Source of the DNA: Magallana gigas
Lineage: Eukaryota
Reading direction: 5' to 3'
NCBI RefSeq assembly: GCF_963853765.1
Contig: NC_088862.1
Span: 24,180,001-24,244,000, forward strand
DNA: 64,000 bases
Shown piece after piece: positions 52,865-64,000 of this stretch. The notes under the pieces were generated by a model that ran no database searches, was not told the origin of the DNA, and saw only the letters and a list, made by a program, of their open reading frames with translations. How positions within the stretch are numbered: the first letter of the stretch is position 1; each line of letters begins with the position of its first letter. The position numbers and the translations under genes are program-made.

Positions 52865-53113
52865 NNNNNNNNNNNNNNNNNNNNNNNNNNNNNNNNNNNN
52901 NNNNNNNNNNNNNNNNNNNNNNNNNNNNNNNNNNNNNNNNNNNNNNNNNNNNNNNNNNNNNNNNNNNNNNNNNNNNNNNNNNNNNNNNNNNNNNNNNNNN
53001 NNNNNNNNNNNNNNNNNNNNNNNNNNNNNNNNNNNNNNNNNNNNNNNNNNNNNNNNNNNNNNNNNNNNNNNNNNNNNNNNNNNNNNNNNNNNNNNNNNNN
53101 NNNNNNNNNNNNN
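52865..53113. other. Assembly gap (N)
   Basis: N run. Confidence 1.
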
Positions 53114-53356
53114 TACATCAACATACTGGACACAATACAAAAAAAAACTATATCAAATAATTTGAATCAATGAAAACAGCTGGTGAGGTTGAATGTACTC
53201 TAAATCATACTAGAAACCGACCTTATGTGGACACTGCTTAAAGTTAGGAATATAAGTTGAGCATGCGCAGTAATTTAGATAATTATATAAAAAATAAAAT
53301 GCACTTCCTGTTTGACTAATGGACAAAAACAAGTCTACACATTGCTGACACAAAGA

Positions 53357-53547
53357 TGACTGAAAGGTCTAATGAAAGGTCACTGAAGGTCACACGAAAG
53401 GTCACGGAAAGGTCACACTAAAAGTCACTGAAAAATTTGAAAGAAAGGTGACAAAATGTGACCTTTCCATGCGGTTTGAAAATTTCTCTCTGAATGGCAT
53501 AGCTGGCAGTTAATATTCAGTTGACTGAATGGCAGAGGTTCATCCTG
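53357..53547. mobile_element. Partial MITE with gaaaggtcac repeats; end shared with the 25237 family
   Basis: ttgactgaatggcagaggttcatcctg|ta. Confidence 0.55.
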
Positions 53548-53886
53548 TAATATTCGACTTTTATTTTATAGGTAAATCCAATGGCTACATGTAATTTGTT
53601 GACTTTCAAGAAGTTGGGTTATTCTTAGGTTATTTTGACCTCCATTAATCGGAGACTTCTGCCGTGAATCTGGTGCATATTTTGTTGACCAACCAGCCAT
53701 CAGTTCATCTTGTTTTTAATGACAAAACTGTGCATGATTAATGGTATGATATTGAATATCTGGCATTCTCTAAGATTTGTTTTTATGAGACAATGTCAAT
53801 GAATTCGGCAATGTTTATCAAATAAAACTTATAGATAAGTTTACAATGTAGACAGAAAATCTGAACAATGACACAAAACTTTATTT

Positions 53887-53942
53887 TTATGGTTTGTTGC
53901 TTTTTCTTTGGAAATTATCTATTCGTCTTCCTTTTTCCAGCA
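53887..53942 (-). CDS. Candidate terminal exon of a small membrane protein
   Basis: Acceptor tttatttctgtattccag; phase 1 reads (M)LEKGRRIDNFQRKSNKP*; AATAAA 1 nt after the stop. Confidence 0.35.
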
Positions 53943-54377
53943 CTGGAATACAGAAATAAACACATAAACACATATTAAACACTAAAAATGAAATATATAC
54001 ACATAGTATACACACATATATTATAGGGGCATGGCCAAGGTTATTACAAACCATTCTGCCCTCAAACGTTAATTCATACAACTACGCTTACACAAACTGA
54101 ATATCTTGATAAAAAATAAAACAACCTTGGTTGTATTTTTGCATTAGTAATGAAAATACAATTTTTAAAATTAAAACCAAAATATTTTGACCAAAATTGC
54201 CAAATAAAATGAGTAAAGTGAAGATAAAGTGATTTAGGAATGGAAGTGATGAAATTTAATGAAACTAATAGATTAAACAAGTAAAAAATTTTAAAAATGA
54301 AATAAAAATTGAGAATTTCATAATATATTATTCCCACGTAAACATTGATTGCTTGATGAGACAATTCGAACACTTAC

Positions 54378-54525
54378 TACTATCGAGGCTGCTTTGTTGC
54401 ACACAAGATGCCTCCGGGTCCTCGGTGTTCCTGACGCAGATCCAGAGAATTAAAATCAGGACCCCTATACCAAGAACAACACCAACAGACATGCAGCTAA
54501 AAATCAGCGTTGGACTTATTGCCAT
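54378..54525 (-). CDS. Candidate coding exon with a transmembrane helix
   Basis: aaaATGG start context; MAISPTLIFSCMSVGVVLGIGVLILILWICVRNTEDPEASCVQQSSLDS; GC-richer than flanks; GTAAGT donor in phase 1. Confidence 0.55.
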
Positions 54526-55546
54526 TTTCTTATGAGAAAAACAACGGTCTTGTAGAGAATTTGTCTTCAACAACGACTCTCTTCAGAATCAGATTTATCA
54601 TCTACGAAGGTCTTTGGAATATTTGATAATAAATTTGTCTCCAATGCTTTAAGTGATATAAAGGGTATCTTTCAGAAACAACCCAGAAGGCGGTTTGAAA
54701 AAATTCTATAGTTAATTTCATTGGACTAGTGCTGGAAACAATTCCCAGCAATCAATTTTGATCCCGCCTTTGTTAATTGTATTGTCACGTCTAGTCTGAG
54801 TAATTTGTTTTTTGTTCTCCGCTAATTGAATAAAAATATACATTTATACGTAAAATGAAGTTACAAATATAACGTAAGCAGTGAGAGTTATGGAGATGAA
54901 ACTTATTCTGGTTTATAAAGAGACATTAAGAGACATATATTCTTATAAAGCAACACGTGTATCGTAAAATACTAAATCTGCAAATTGAAATGTAGGAATA
55001 TAGTTTTTCAAGCAAGAAATTTTCTTCTTTCTCCCCTACTTTTTCTGTTAATGCTTCTGTGTCCAATTTTGAGCATTTTCGCTCATGAACTCATTCCTCA
55101 CGATATCAAATTTGCTATAAGGTAAGACATGGAATTTAAATGTAGAGAAAAAACATATCATTGGGGCTAAATGGTCAATAAATAAGCAATATGATCTACA
55201 TTTGATATTTATAAATATACAATTTTTATTTATAAACTATGATTTAGTTAAAAAAAATGAAAAAAGGCATATTTTTAGCTTTAAATTTTGAAAGTTTTCT
55301 TTACAGCATTATAATTGTAAATGATAGCATTTATGTAATTTGTGATATATTCTTTCTCAAGGATAATTAAGGTAATTGTGTTTAATTTTGAATATTTTAA
55401 CCATATATTATTTCTAAACTTGTGGCTTTACACCTGTTTTTGAGTTGAAAAAATGGAAAGAACTGCATGATTGAAGTTTCTGTCTTACAAACCGCACTTA
55501 TAAATGATTTCAAATGCAGACAAACGTGAATAGAATTTTGCAGTAC

Positions 55547-55550
<4 letters not shown>

Positions 55551-55583
<33 letters not shown>

Positions 55584-55860
55584 ATTCTGATCACATTTTT
55601 ACATTTTGAACTTCTTTTCTAAAACCGCTTGGCCAATTTGAACCAAATTTGGCACAAAGCATCCTCCTGGGAAGGCAAATATAAATTGCAGAAATGAACG
55701 ACCGATCTTTATTTAAAAGGGAGAAAACCTCGAAACTGTAGAAAAAGGGGGGTGCATTTAAAAAAATCTTCTTCTCAAGAACTACTGAGTCAAATTCAAC
55801 GTAATTTTACATAAATAATCCTTAAGGTAAGGAAAATATAAATTCAAAAATTATTGGCGA
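55551..55860 (+). mobile_element. Helentron-type non-autonomous element (HINE) 5' end with about 1.5 Cg170-like units
   Basis: T-run then agctcacctgagctgaaagctcaagtgagct (subTIR plus hairpin), then ccaaatttggcacaaagcatcct and aaaaatcttcttctcaagaact. Confidence 0.85.
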
Positions 55861-57574
55861 ATTCTGTTTCAAATTTGAGTTATTTACGAAAATAAAAAAA
55901 AGAGATAATCGCAGTGAATCAGTTTATAACTTCGGATTCGGTATTCCACATCGAAAACGAAAGTTCTTTGTATAAAGCAGACATGTTTGAATGTTGACGC
56001 ACGACAAACGGGTCAAACTGACAACGATGAATTTGCTTGTTGTGCAACAGTTAACGTGCGAAGGGATACTTGAAACATGCTAAATATATTTGTGCCGATT
56101 TCGTGAAGTGAATTGAGGTTAAATATCTTAATGCGTTGACATTTTCACTCGTGACCGTGGTTTTACGTTGTTTTGAATTTCGCTTATGCTTTTTAACTTG
56201 AGGGGAAATAGTGCCTGTAATTTGGAATTTTTACGTATCGAATCAAATATAGACTTCGGTAAATCAGACAGTTCATTGTTTACCTGCGCAAAATGAACAA
56301 AATCTGATGCACTAACAACATATTATATTATAAATATTATACATTCTTTTGTAATTCGGTACGATCTCTACGTTATGGTTGATTATAATGTAGCGTGTTT
56401 TGTTAAGATGCTCTGCATTTTCAGTCTAAACGGAGATTGTATTTGCTGCTAGAAATATATAAAATATATATATTAGGAAAAAAATTGTGTTCTTTCTTTG
56501 TTTAAGTGCATGTTTTCTCTTTACTAACCATATTCAGCTGTGTCAGGTTTCGAATTATAAGCAAGGTACAGAGCTTTGCTTACAGAACTGAGGCCATGCT
56601 TTTGTTCATTTTAAATAGGAAATACCAAGTTTAAAAATAGAAAAAAAAGTTGAATGTAATTCACTCTTGTGAACAAAAATTGACTCAAACCAAGCAGAAT
56701 TGTGAGTTCTGTATCTTGCTTATAATTCTACAATTGACGCTTAAATTTCGATTTATCACCAGAAATGTCTCACTAAACCATAAATACTTGAACAGAAAAA
56801 TTAAAAGGATGATATGCTGTAACAACTTTTTGGGGCCCCCTCCTTATACGATGAATCTACACCAACTGTTATTGGTTTTTCAGACACAAATGAAAACGAC
56901 CTCTTTAAAACAGTTTAAAACATTACTGTTACGAATATAAATGTATTGTCGCTATTCTTAAGAAAATAGCGGAAAATCAACTTGATGATTTAGCCATTTG
57001 ATTTTGAATAAAGATGAAAACAAGTATTCCTTTTAATGGAATGATCGGCATGAAATACCATTGGTCAACTCTGTTTATATAATATACGCTACATGTAGTA
57101 AAATATATATAACGCCTTTTAATGATTTCCGAAATGGCAAGGCATGAAAGAACACTTAATAGGCGAATCATACTTCCGACTAATCTTCTTACGCATATGT
57201 GAAAAAAACGTGATTTGAATCATTATGTATGTAACCCTATAAATGTTTTATTTTCAGGGTAAAATGATAAGAGTAACGTTATAGTAATCTTCGTCTATTT
57301 ATAGATTTAAATAAGGTTGTCATTGCATAGTAAATAAAATACTGCACGGCGCAATGTGTTTGCAAAAAGTTAAATTTGCCGGATGCCTCATATGGACACA
57401 ACAGTGATCGGCCGAAGCCGATCACAATAAAGGGTGGGCCTAAGTGAAATAGAGCAATATGCCTGTCAATACATTGCAGTCTGAGGCTCATTGAGATGAA
57501 GGGGGGCCTAGACCTTATCAAAAATCCCGACAAGCAAAAAAAAACATTTTGGATACGGCTATGTCTAACTTTGC

Positions 57575-57657
57575 AAAAAAAAGTGAAGGACTCCCCCCCC
57601 CCCCCCCTTTAACCCAGCCCCCCCCCCCCCCCTTTTAACCCAGTTCCGATGCCTATG
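57575..57657. repeat. Solo end of a C-tract MITE (ccagttccgatgcctatg) with duplicated C-run/tttaacccag
   Basis: Resembles a common oyster cataggcgtcggaacc repeat end (recalled). Confidence 0.4.
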
Positions 57658-58224
57658 CATTGATTATACATATAAAAGCTCTTGAACATATCACATGACA
57701 ACATTTTTCATTCGAGTGAATTCATCGATCAAGTGAGTAAGGTTATAAAACATCGCACGAGTTCACGCCTGGTAAACAACAATCGTTTATAATGCGGAAG
57801 ACCAATTACATTTTTGAATGTTTTTAATTTGAGCGCCTTGAAGTACAATTTTCTTCTTTCACATATAGGAATTGTTTTAATAAAATACAATAACTACCTT
57901 GTACAATGTAGTTGAAGATGAATATGTACCTGTATGCATATTCTCATACATAATTTGATTGTTTTATAAAGTGAGGGGGCAGAACTAAAATAAAGGGAAT
58001 TGGAAGTTAACAGTGTACCCCTACCAGAAACTTAGCTTTATATCTTGCATAGGATCTTGTTTTTGGTAAAAATGGTATTTCATAAGGGTATAATGTCAAA
58101 GATTAAGGGTAGGAAGATAAGTGTAAAATTTGGATACAGTTTATTTTATTGTAATCTTTTTTTGTTTTTCTACCGAGGGGCCATATGGGACAATATCCTT
58201 TGAACAACCAATGCATATAAAGCC

Positions 58225-58266
58225 ATTGTTGCTCAGGTGAGCGATGTGGCCCCATGGGCCTCTTGT
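58225..58266 (+). mobile_element. Helentron-type 3' end
   Basis: gctcaggtgagc (exact reverse complement of the 5' subTIR), short hairpin ggccccatgggcc, then tcttgt. Confidence 0.85.
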
Positions 58267-58530
58267 GTATTACTACGCAGCCGTAAAATGTAAACAAACA
58301 TCGTATTCTATAAGTAAATGATAGAATGAGCTGATCCCCTAAGTCCGTTTTGTGATTAATTGATAACAATTTACATGTATCATGATTTTAGTAAAAAAAA
58401 ATGTCGTATGCTCTCTTCTTGACTGCATAATTTGTAGTACGCGGAGGTATAAACCGAAAGAAAACTTTTGAACTTCGTATTAGAAAGTTTTCAGACATTG
58501 TTTTTTTTTAATGTAAAATAATGGGAGAAA

Positions 58531-58686
58531 AATAGTCATTATTATATACTCGTGGGGGATAGTGAAATTCCACCTCTGGGCCAAGACTCATGGTCTTGGA
58601 ATCGCCAGAACCTCTTCCTAGACAGTAAATCTTGTCCCCTCGGTGGAATTTCACTATCCCACACTCGTAATAACGAATGATTCTAT
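58531..58686. repeat. Degenerate long palindrome (Crypton-like)
   Basis: Perfect 19-bp core gggatagtgaaattccacc / ggtggaatttcactatccc within longer imperfect arms. Confidence 0.7.
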
Positions 58687-59368
58687 TAGTATCTACCAAA
58701 CAGAACGTGTTTATTTGTTTACGTGGTCTGGAAATTGCACAGTTGGTCCATTACCTCCTGCAAAGGACTGTATATGAGGCAGAAAAATAAAGATCATAGA
58801 CGTTTTGTCTTTAGTTGATAATCACTGTCAATGTATTATAATATCGTATAAATACAGCCTTAATACACCAAGACATATAAACAGAGATAAACATGATCAA
58901 TGCATCGCCATTATAGATTTCTTTTACAGAGACACAATAATAACAATAACATTTTTTTTAACCATTAAACGCAGTACAGCTTTACTAGCTATGAGTTTCT
59001 GATACACTTCGTTTCTCATACACTGACTAGCGATGATGAACACAATAAAGACAGTAAATTTTCATCTTATCTACGACATCCGAATTTGCTCGATTTTCTA
59101 GTGTTTCTTGTATGTTATTAAAAAAAAGTTTTTACATTGTTGTAAAAAATCATACCATAAACGAGTCAACGAACTACACCTAAAACATCAAATTCTTACG
59201 AGTTTTAAACAATAAATTGCTTTTATTTGGTGATTCATATGGGATATGGAGGTGGCGACATTGAGGAAAAAATACAAAACCAGCGTTAGAAAATGTTTAT
59301 TCGTTGAAAATTCAGCTGGCCGTGTGGTTTGATCCAACGGAGTCATTTTTTAAGATTGGTCTTAGGTT

Positions 59369-59682
59369 TTGGGAACAAACTAAGTTAGAAATATCTGGCA
59401 AACTAATTAAAATTAGATCCTTCACCCTCTCGTATTTGATATGTCGTTAGATTGAGATATCTGGATGCCTCTCGTCAACACTGCAAGTCCCCCATGCATA
59501 CACAAAGATTGTTCCGCATTGTGAGTCAGTCGCCATATTGTCTCACAAACAAACTTGTGGGAGGTTTGTGAAATCGCACAAACGTTCAATTATGGTCTTG
59601 CGATGTTCATTGGGAACTTGCAGTGATGACGAGAGGTATCCGGATAGGTTTCAGAATGGTGTAAAACTTATTTTGTTCCCAA
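59369..59682. mobile_element. Foldback/MITE-like element with nested inverted repeats
   Basis: ttgggaacaaa(c/a)taagtt at both ends; a 38-bp inverted repeat at 59459-59496 / 59608-59645. Confidence 0.6.
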
Positions 59683-59692
59683 TCTGTTTCCG

Positions 59693-59781
59693 AGGATGTA
59701 AATTCGTGGGGGGACTGGGGGAGTGCTACACATGAAAAACGCGAAAATTGGGCATTCACGAATTTTTATGATTCCACACTA
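59693..59781. mobile_element. Right half of a tactgtgg-family MITE
   Basis: cgcgaaaattgggcattcacgaatttttatgattccacacta. Confidence 0.55.
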
Positions 59782-59784
59782 TTT

Positions 59785-60385
59785 TTAGCCGGACTCTGCT
59801 GAAAGCAGAGTCCTAGCTGTAGGCAGGCAAATCGCTAATGTTACTATAAATAGCACAACTTCAAAAGTAAACAAAAAACCTAACAGCGTCAAAGTAAAAG
59901 CTTCCGCTATACCAAATAGTTACACAAAGAGCCACGTTTTGTCAAACGTTTTGGCATTTTGTTTCTTTTATTCTAATTTTGAGAGAATTGTCTATCTTTT
60001 TTAGTTTTCTTATTAATAACTTGTTTTAAAAACAAGACTATGCATTTTGGATACATACAATGCGCATGAATTTTTATGAACCACTTTGCTGCGCGTTGAA
60101 GAAATTGGGATTGAATATATAACGCTTGTTGCAAAATTCAAGGCGGCAACTGTTGAACTTTTTTCTACTAGACAGATATATTTTTGTTTGTAGCCGCTTA
60201 CAAAATTTGATCGCTCTCTGACGCTTTGCCGACATTAAAAGCATAATTATGAGAGAAAGAGAGAGAGAGAGAGGGGGAGAGAGAGAGAGGGAGAGAGGGA
60301 GAGAGATATATTAATTTTCAGTCTTTACCACACAATATGCATAAAGACACACCAAAAGAGCCCGGCTTTCAGTACTTCAGTACTT
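59785..60385 (+). mobile_element. Complete-looking Helentron-type HINE, second family, about 600 bp
   Basis: T-run, subTIR agccggactct plus hairpin ggactctgctgaaagcagagtcc; internal (GA)n; 3' subTIR agagcccggct plus agtacttcagtact hairpin, then TT. Confidence 0.75.
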
Positions 60386-60461
60386 TGATTTAATCAGGTC
60401 TACACAAGTGTGATCAGGAATATGCGTAGTTGTTTCCCACACTCTTTCATTCCCATTAACA

Positions 60462-61240
60462 ATTAACATTCTCTTACAGAGGAGATTGTGTGATAAATAA
60501 CAACCAATAATCATGAAAGTAATATGATTGTTTTAATAATATAAGCAATATTTATTGATGAAAAAATTGTCAACCAACAAATGACCTATATTTTCGAGAC
60601 AAAGTCTGAGAAGACAGCTAGCGTAAGAATATGAAATTTCTTGTCTACAATTCTAAGTAAAAGAGATTTTTTTTTAAAAAAATCACTGTACGTTCATTTT
60701 GTTTCATGTTGTTCCATGACCATTCCGTGATTCCAAAAAGGAAAAGAAAAGAATAACTCTTTGACTCCCTATGAACTATTAACATTTTCTCATAGCGCAG
60801 ATTGTGTGATAAATAACAACCAATAATCATGAAAGTAATATGATTGTTTTAATAATATAAGCAATACTTATTAATAGAAAAATTGTCAATCAAAGAATGA
60901 CCTATATTTTCGAGACAAAGACTGAGGAGGCAGCTAGCGTAGGAATATGAAACTTCTTATCTACAATTCTAAGTAAAAGAGATTTTTTTAAAAAATCACT
61001 GTACATGTACGTTCATTTTGTTTCATGTTGTTGCATGACAATTCCGTGATTCCAAAAAGGAAAGAAAAGAATAACTCTTTGACTCCCTATGAAATATTAA
61101 CATTTTCTCACAGCGCAGATTGTGTGACAATCAAAGAATGACCTATATTTTCGAGACAAAGACTGAGGAGGCAGCTAGCGAAGGAATATGAAACCTCTTA
61201 TCTACAATTCTGGGTAAAAGGGATTTTAAAAAAAAAAAAT
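60462..61240. repeat. Tandem repeat, unit 316-318 bp, about 2.5 copies
   Basis: Units start at 60462, 60778 and 61096; third unit has an internal deletion of about 80 bp. Confidence 0.92.
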
Positions 61241-61543
61241 TACGTTAATTTTGTTCCACGTACTACATATGCGTCGATATTTTAAACATTTGTTGTAATG
61301 TTGTGTTTGCTGATCAAGATTGGAACTATATTTTTTTTCTCAGAGCAATTGTGTAAAGAGTTCCGGAATACAGTGATATATCTTGAATAAAAAAAAATGA
61401 ATAGATAGTAAGCACACGTAATAATGCGATACATGCAACTCGTTCTGATGAGAACTTCTATACGTCGAAAATTGACCATGGTCATTATTCTACAGGGGAC
61501 ATAATCTGCTTTACACCGGTCATATCTGTATGTCCGTTTGGTG

Positions 61544-61863
61544 CAATCGCAGCTTCTCGGGCCTTTCCGGCAAGCTCGGAAAAACACCTAGAATGTATTA
61601 CATAGGCATCCATGACAACCCCCCCCCCCCTTTTTAAAAAATTTGATATTAATACAACATATTTTACGATCTGTTGAGATGTGAGCTTAACTTCATTAAA
61701 GTTAATGATATACCCTAAAATATACCACAGAAACGACGTACAAGGCTGCCTGGCCAATACTTAAATACTTATTCTAATGGTAAGCGACTCCATTTTGTAT
61801 AAAATTCTAACATCCGGTAATGTTTTTCCGAGCTTGCTGGAAAGGCCCGAGAAGCTGCGATTG
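61544..61863. mobile_element. 320-bp MITE, 43-bp TIR, 9-bp TSD CGTTTGGTG (Mutator-like signature)
   Basis: TSD at 61535-61543 and 61864-61872; TIR caatcgcagcttctcgggcctttcc(g/a)gcaagctcggaaaaaca with 1 mismatch. Confidence 0.9.
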
Positions 61864-62925
61864 CGTTTGGTGAGAACTTATATTTGACAATTATGGCCAA
61901 CGCTACTGATTTCGACATTTCATAATATTTAAAATAAAAGCTGAGTTTTGTAAGTTCTTGAAATATAAAGATAATTTGCTTTTTGAAAGCACTTTAAATA
62001 AGAGTAATTGCCCTTTAAATTGACGTCACCTTGTTGTGGTTGGAACTGAATAAAATGAAAGCGTCGCAATTTGTGCAAACCTCGACGATGCAAAGGGTGA
62101 AAATTTTTCACATTAAACAGCATCTAAACATTATAAATGAACAAAAGTTGAGCGAAGATTTTTAAAGACTTCTTTAAACGTAAAAATAAGAATTTTGAAG
62201 AGTTAGAAGATATGTAAGTCTACTTTTACATGGAGTTTTTAAGATCATGCCCAGGTCGCTTTTTGTGAAAAAAATGCCTCGCTTGATAGTCCTCTAGAAA
62301 CAAAACACTCACTAGGTTCGTTACTGACTGACTTCGCCTCGTCGTCTATGAGACTGTTCAACCCGATATATCTTTATTGTAAGCCAGTAACAAACATAAT
62401 AAGTAATAGTAGAAAAGCGTGAGATTTATTTTGTTGTCACAGAAAAAAGAGAAGTACGACATAATTTGTACACATTCACAACTATGCTTCCCTCGCGGCT
62501 CATAAAAAAATAGAACTAAGAGACTAATTATGCTCGAACAATTAGAGGTCTTTTCACCCTATTTGTTTAAGTGTAAAACATTTCTTCAGTGCAATTCATG
62601 AAATGCTTTCCTTGCATCACATCATTAAAAAATGTCAAAAGACTTAGCATGATTTTTACACTTTCTTTTTACCTTGACGTTTGACTTTTATATCATGTTT
62701 GATTGGTCAATATCAACTTTTCACTGGGTCTGGTATCTCTACAATGTACGGTAAAAGGTTGTTAGTCTATTATAATTTCCTGACATTTTCAAAGCAATCG
62801 TGGCTATGTGGATATATGGCGAGTTTTGCTGTACTTGAATTACGTGGGCAATCATTCGACACTCAAACCGTAAACATATTCGGCGTATTTTTCTTACGTT
62901 TGTAGGACACTCAAACATTTTCAAA

Positions 62926-63128
62926 TACTGTAAACGTATTTTTTTCCGCGACTACTTTATTTCACGATTTAATTTTTAAAAAAAACAGTTCGCGACGGCT
63001 AATTTCCGCGAGGACGCCTTATTCAGCACCGTGTTGTTACTATGAGAGCTGGTTCGCGGCAAAAAATGTTCGCGACGACTTGGCTCTCGCAATATTTTTC
63101 CCCCGCGAATAAACTTTGGTTTACAGTA
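62926..63128. mobile_element. TA-flanked MITE (tactgtaaac...gtttacagta)
   Basis: Terminal inverted repeats; tcgcg-rich interior. Confidence 0.75.
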
Positions 63129-63177
63129 TCTTGGGAGTTACCTCGAGTGTCTTAACGATTTACTACAAGTGGTCCTT

Positions 63178-63240
63178 GAATGAATAATTGACGGTTGATG
63201 TCGTGTCCTCGAATGAATAATTGACCGTTGATGTCGTGTG
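63178..63240. repeat. 33-bp tandem duplication
   Basis: gaatgaataattgac(g/c)gttgatgtcgtgt occurs twice. Confidence 0.85.
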
Positions 63241-64000
63241 CGATACCAGTGCTTTGTGACTAGAATACGAATTAGTACAACGGGGCCAAATTTGGTTTCA
63301 TTATATTACAATATACATGTGTATTTAAAACCTTTTTTATGTTACAGTTGAAACACTGTCTGCCTACATTACACAGTCATGTAGTATATACTTTCAACAA
63401 GAATTGTGTTTTCTTTATTTGTTATTCAAAATAAAAAGATAAATATAAACATTGATGCTTCTTTGTTTTGGTTTATTAACGTATTTTCTTGTCTACTTGT
63501 TTGTGGACTATAAAAGTTATAGTAAATGTCTGTCAGTAAAATGTCAAGAACACTTTTAAGTCAAAAACAACAAACATTCTAGATGAATCCTTCTTCGGGC
63601 CATTGGTTTTGCAGTTCGTCGGTCAGAACTAACGAATTTTCATGTTCGCTTAAATACATGTATTTGCAAAATACTGCCACTTTTTAAAACTAATATAACA
63701 CATAAAAAATATAAGTACTACTTTTTTTCAGATTGTCATCACGTACAGAATTGTTTACATTATTTATCATATTTGTTTTATCAATTGCATCATTTAAAAC
63801 ATTAGCTCAGATTTTTAAAGGTAACATTCATATAAATTTGGATATATGTCTACAACAAAATATACATCAAACTGAAGGTAAGGAGTGTAATTGACATTTT
63901 TTTTTAAATGTCAGTTATGGTCGACACTAAAACAGAAACTAGTTAAAATGATCTTCTCCATTTGTCCATAGTTTTGTACTTTGAATGTTTTAAGTAACCA

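Noticed and set aside
35801-53165. ORFs containing X runs
   Set aside because: Open only because of N gaps.

Overview
AT-rich eukaryotic genomic DNA from a draft assembly (three N gaps). It is most likely an oyster (Crassostrea/Magallana type), inferred from recognisable Helentron-type, Penelope-like and MITE families, abundant (AG)n tracts and TACATGTA excess. There are no prokaryotic genes, rRNA, tRNA or CRISPR arrays, and nearly all ORFs in the supplied track are artefacts of low complexity, tandem repeats or N runs. The left half (1-35 kb) is mostly unique non-coding DNA with GC-richer, ORF-free islands, a promoter-like region at about 15.2-15.75 kb, microsatellites, minisatellites and a few small insertions. 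The right half (35-64 kb) is a pile of nested transposon relics on top of an old local duplication (35.1-42.0 kb vs 45.8-49.4 kb) that carries a dead Penelope-like reverse transcriptase. Best-supported unusual observations: (1) two multi-kb non-coding elements with TGT...ACA termini, long TIRs and 6-bp TSDs, one confirmed by an empty site in the paralogous copy; (2) a candidate small single-pass membrane protein gene on the minus strand at 53.9-54.5 kb; (3) Helentron ends enclosing about 2.3 kb of unrelated DNA; (4) dispersed palindromes with a CGAAG/CTTCG apex. All family assignments are from memory of motifs, not database searches. I did not find a convincing complete novel system.
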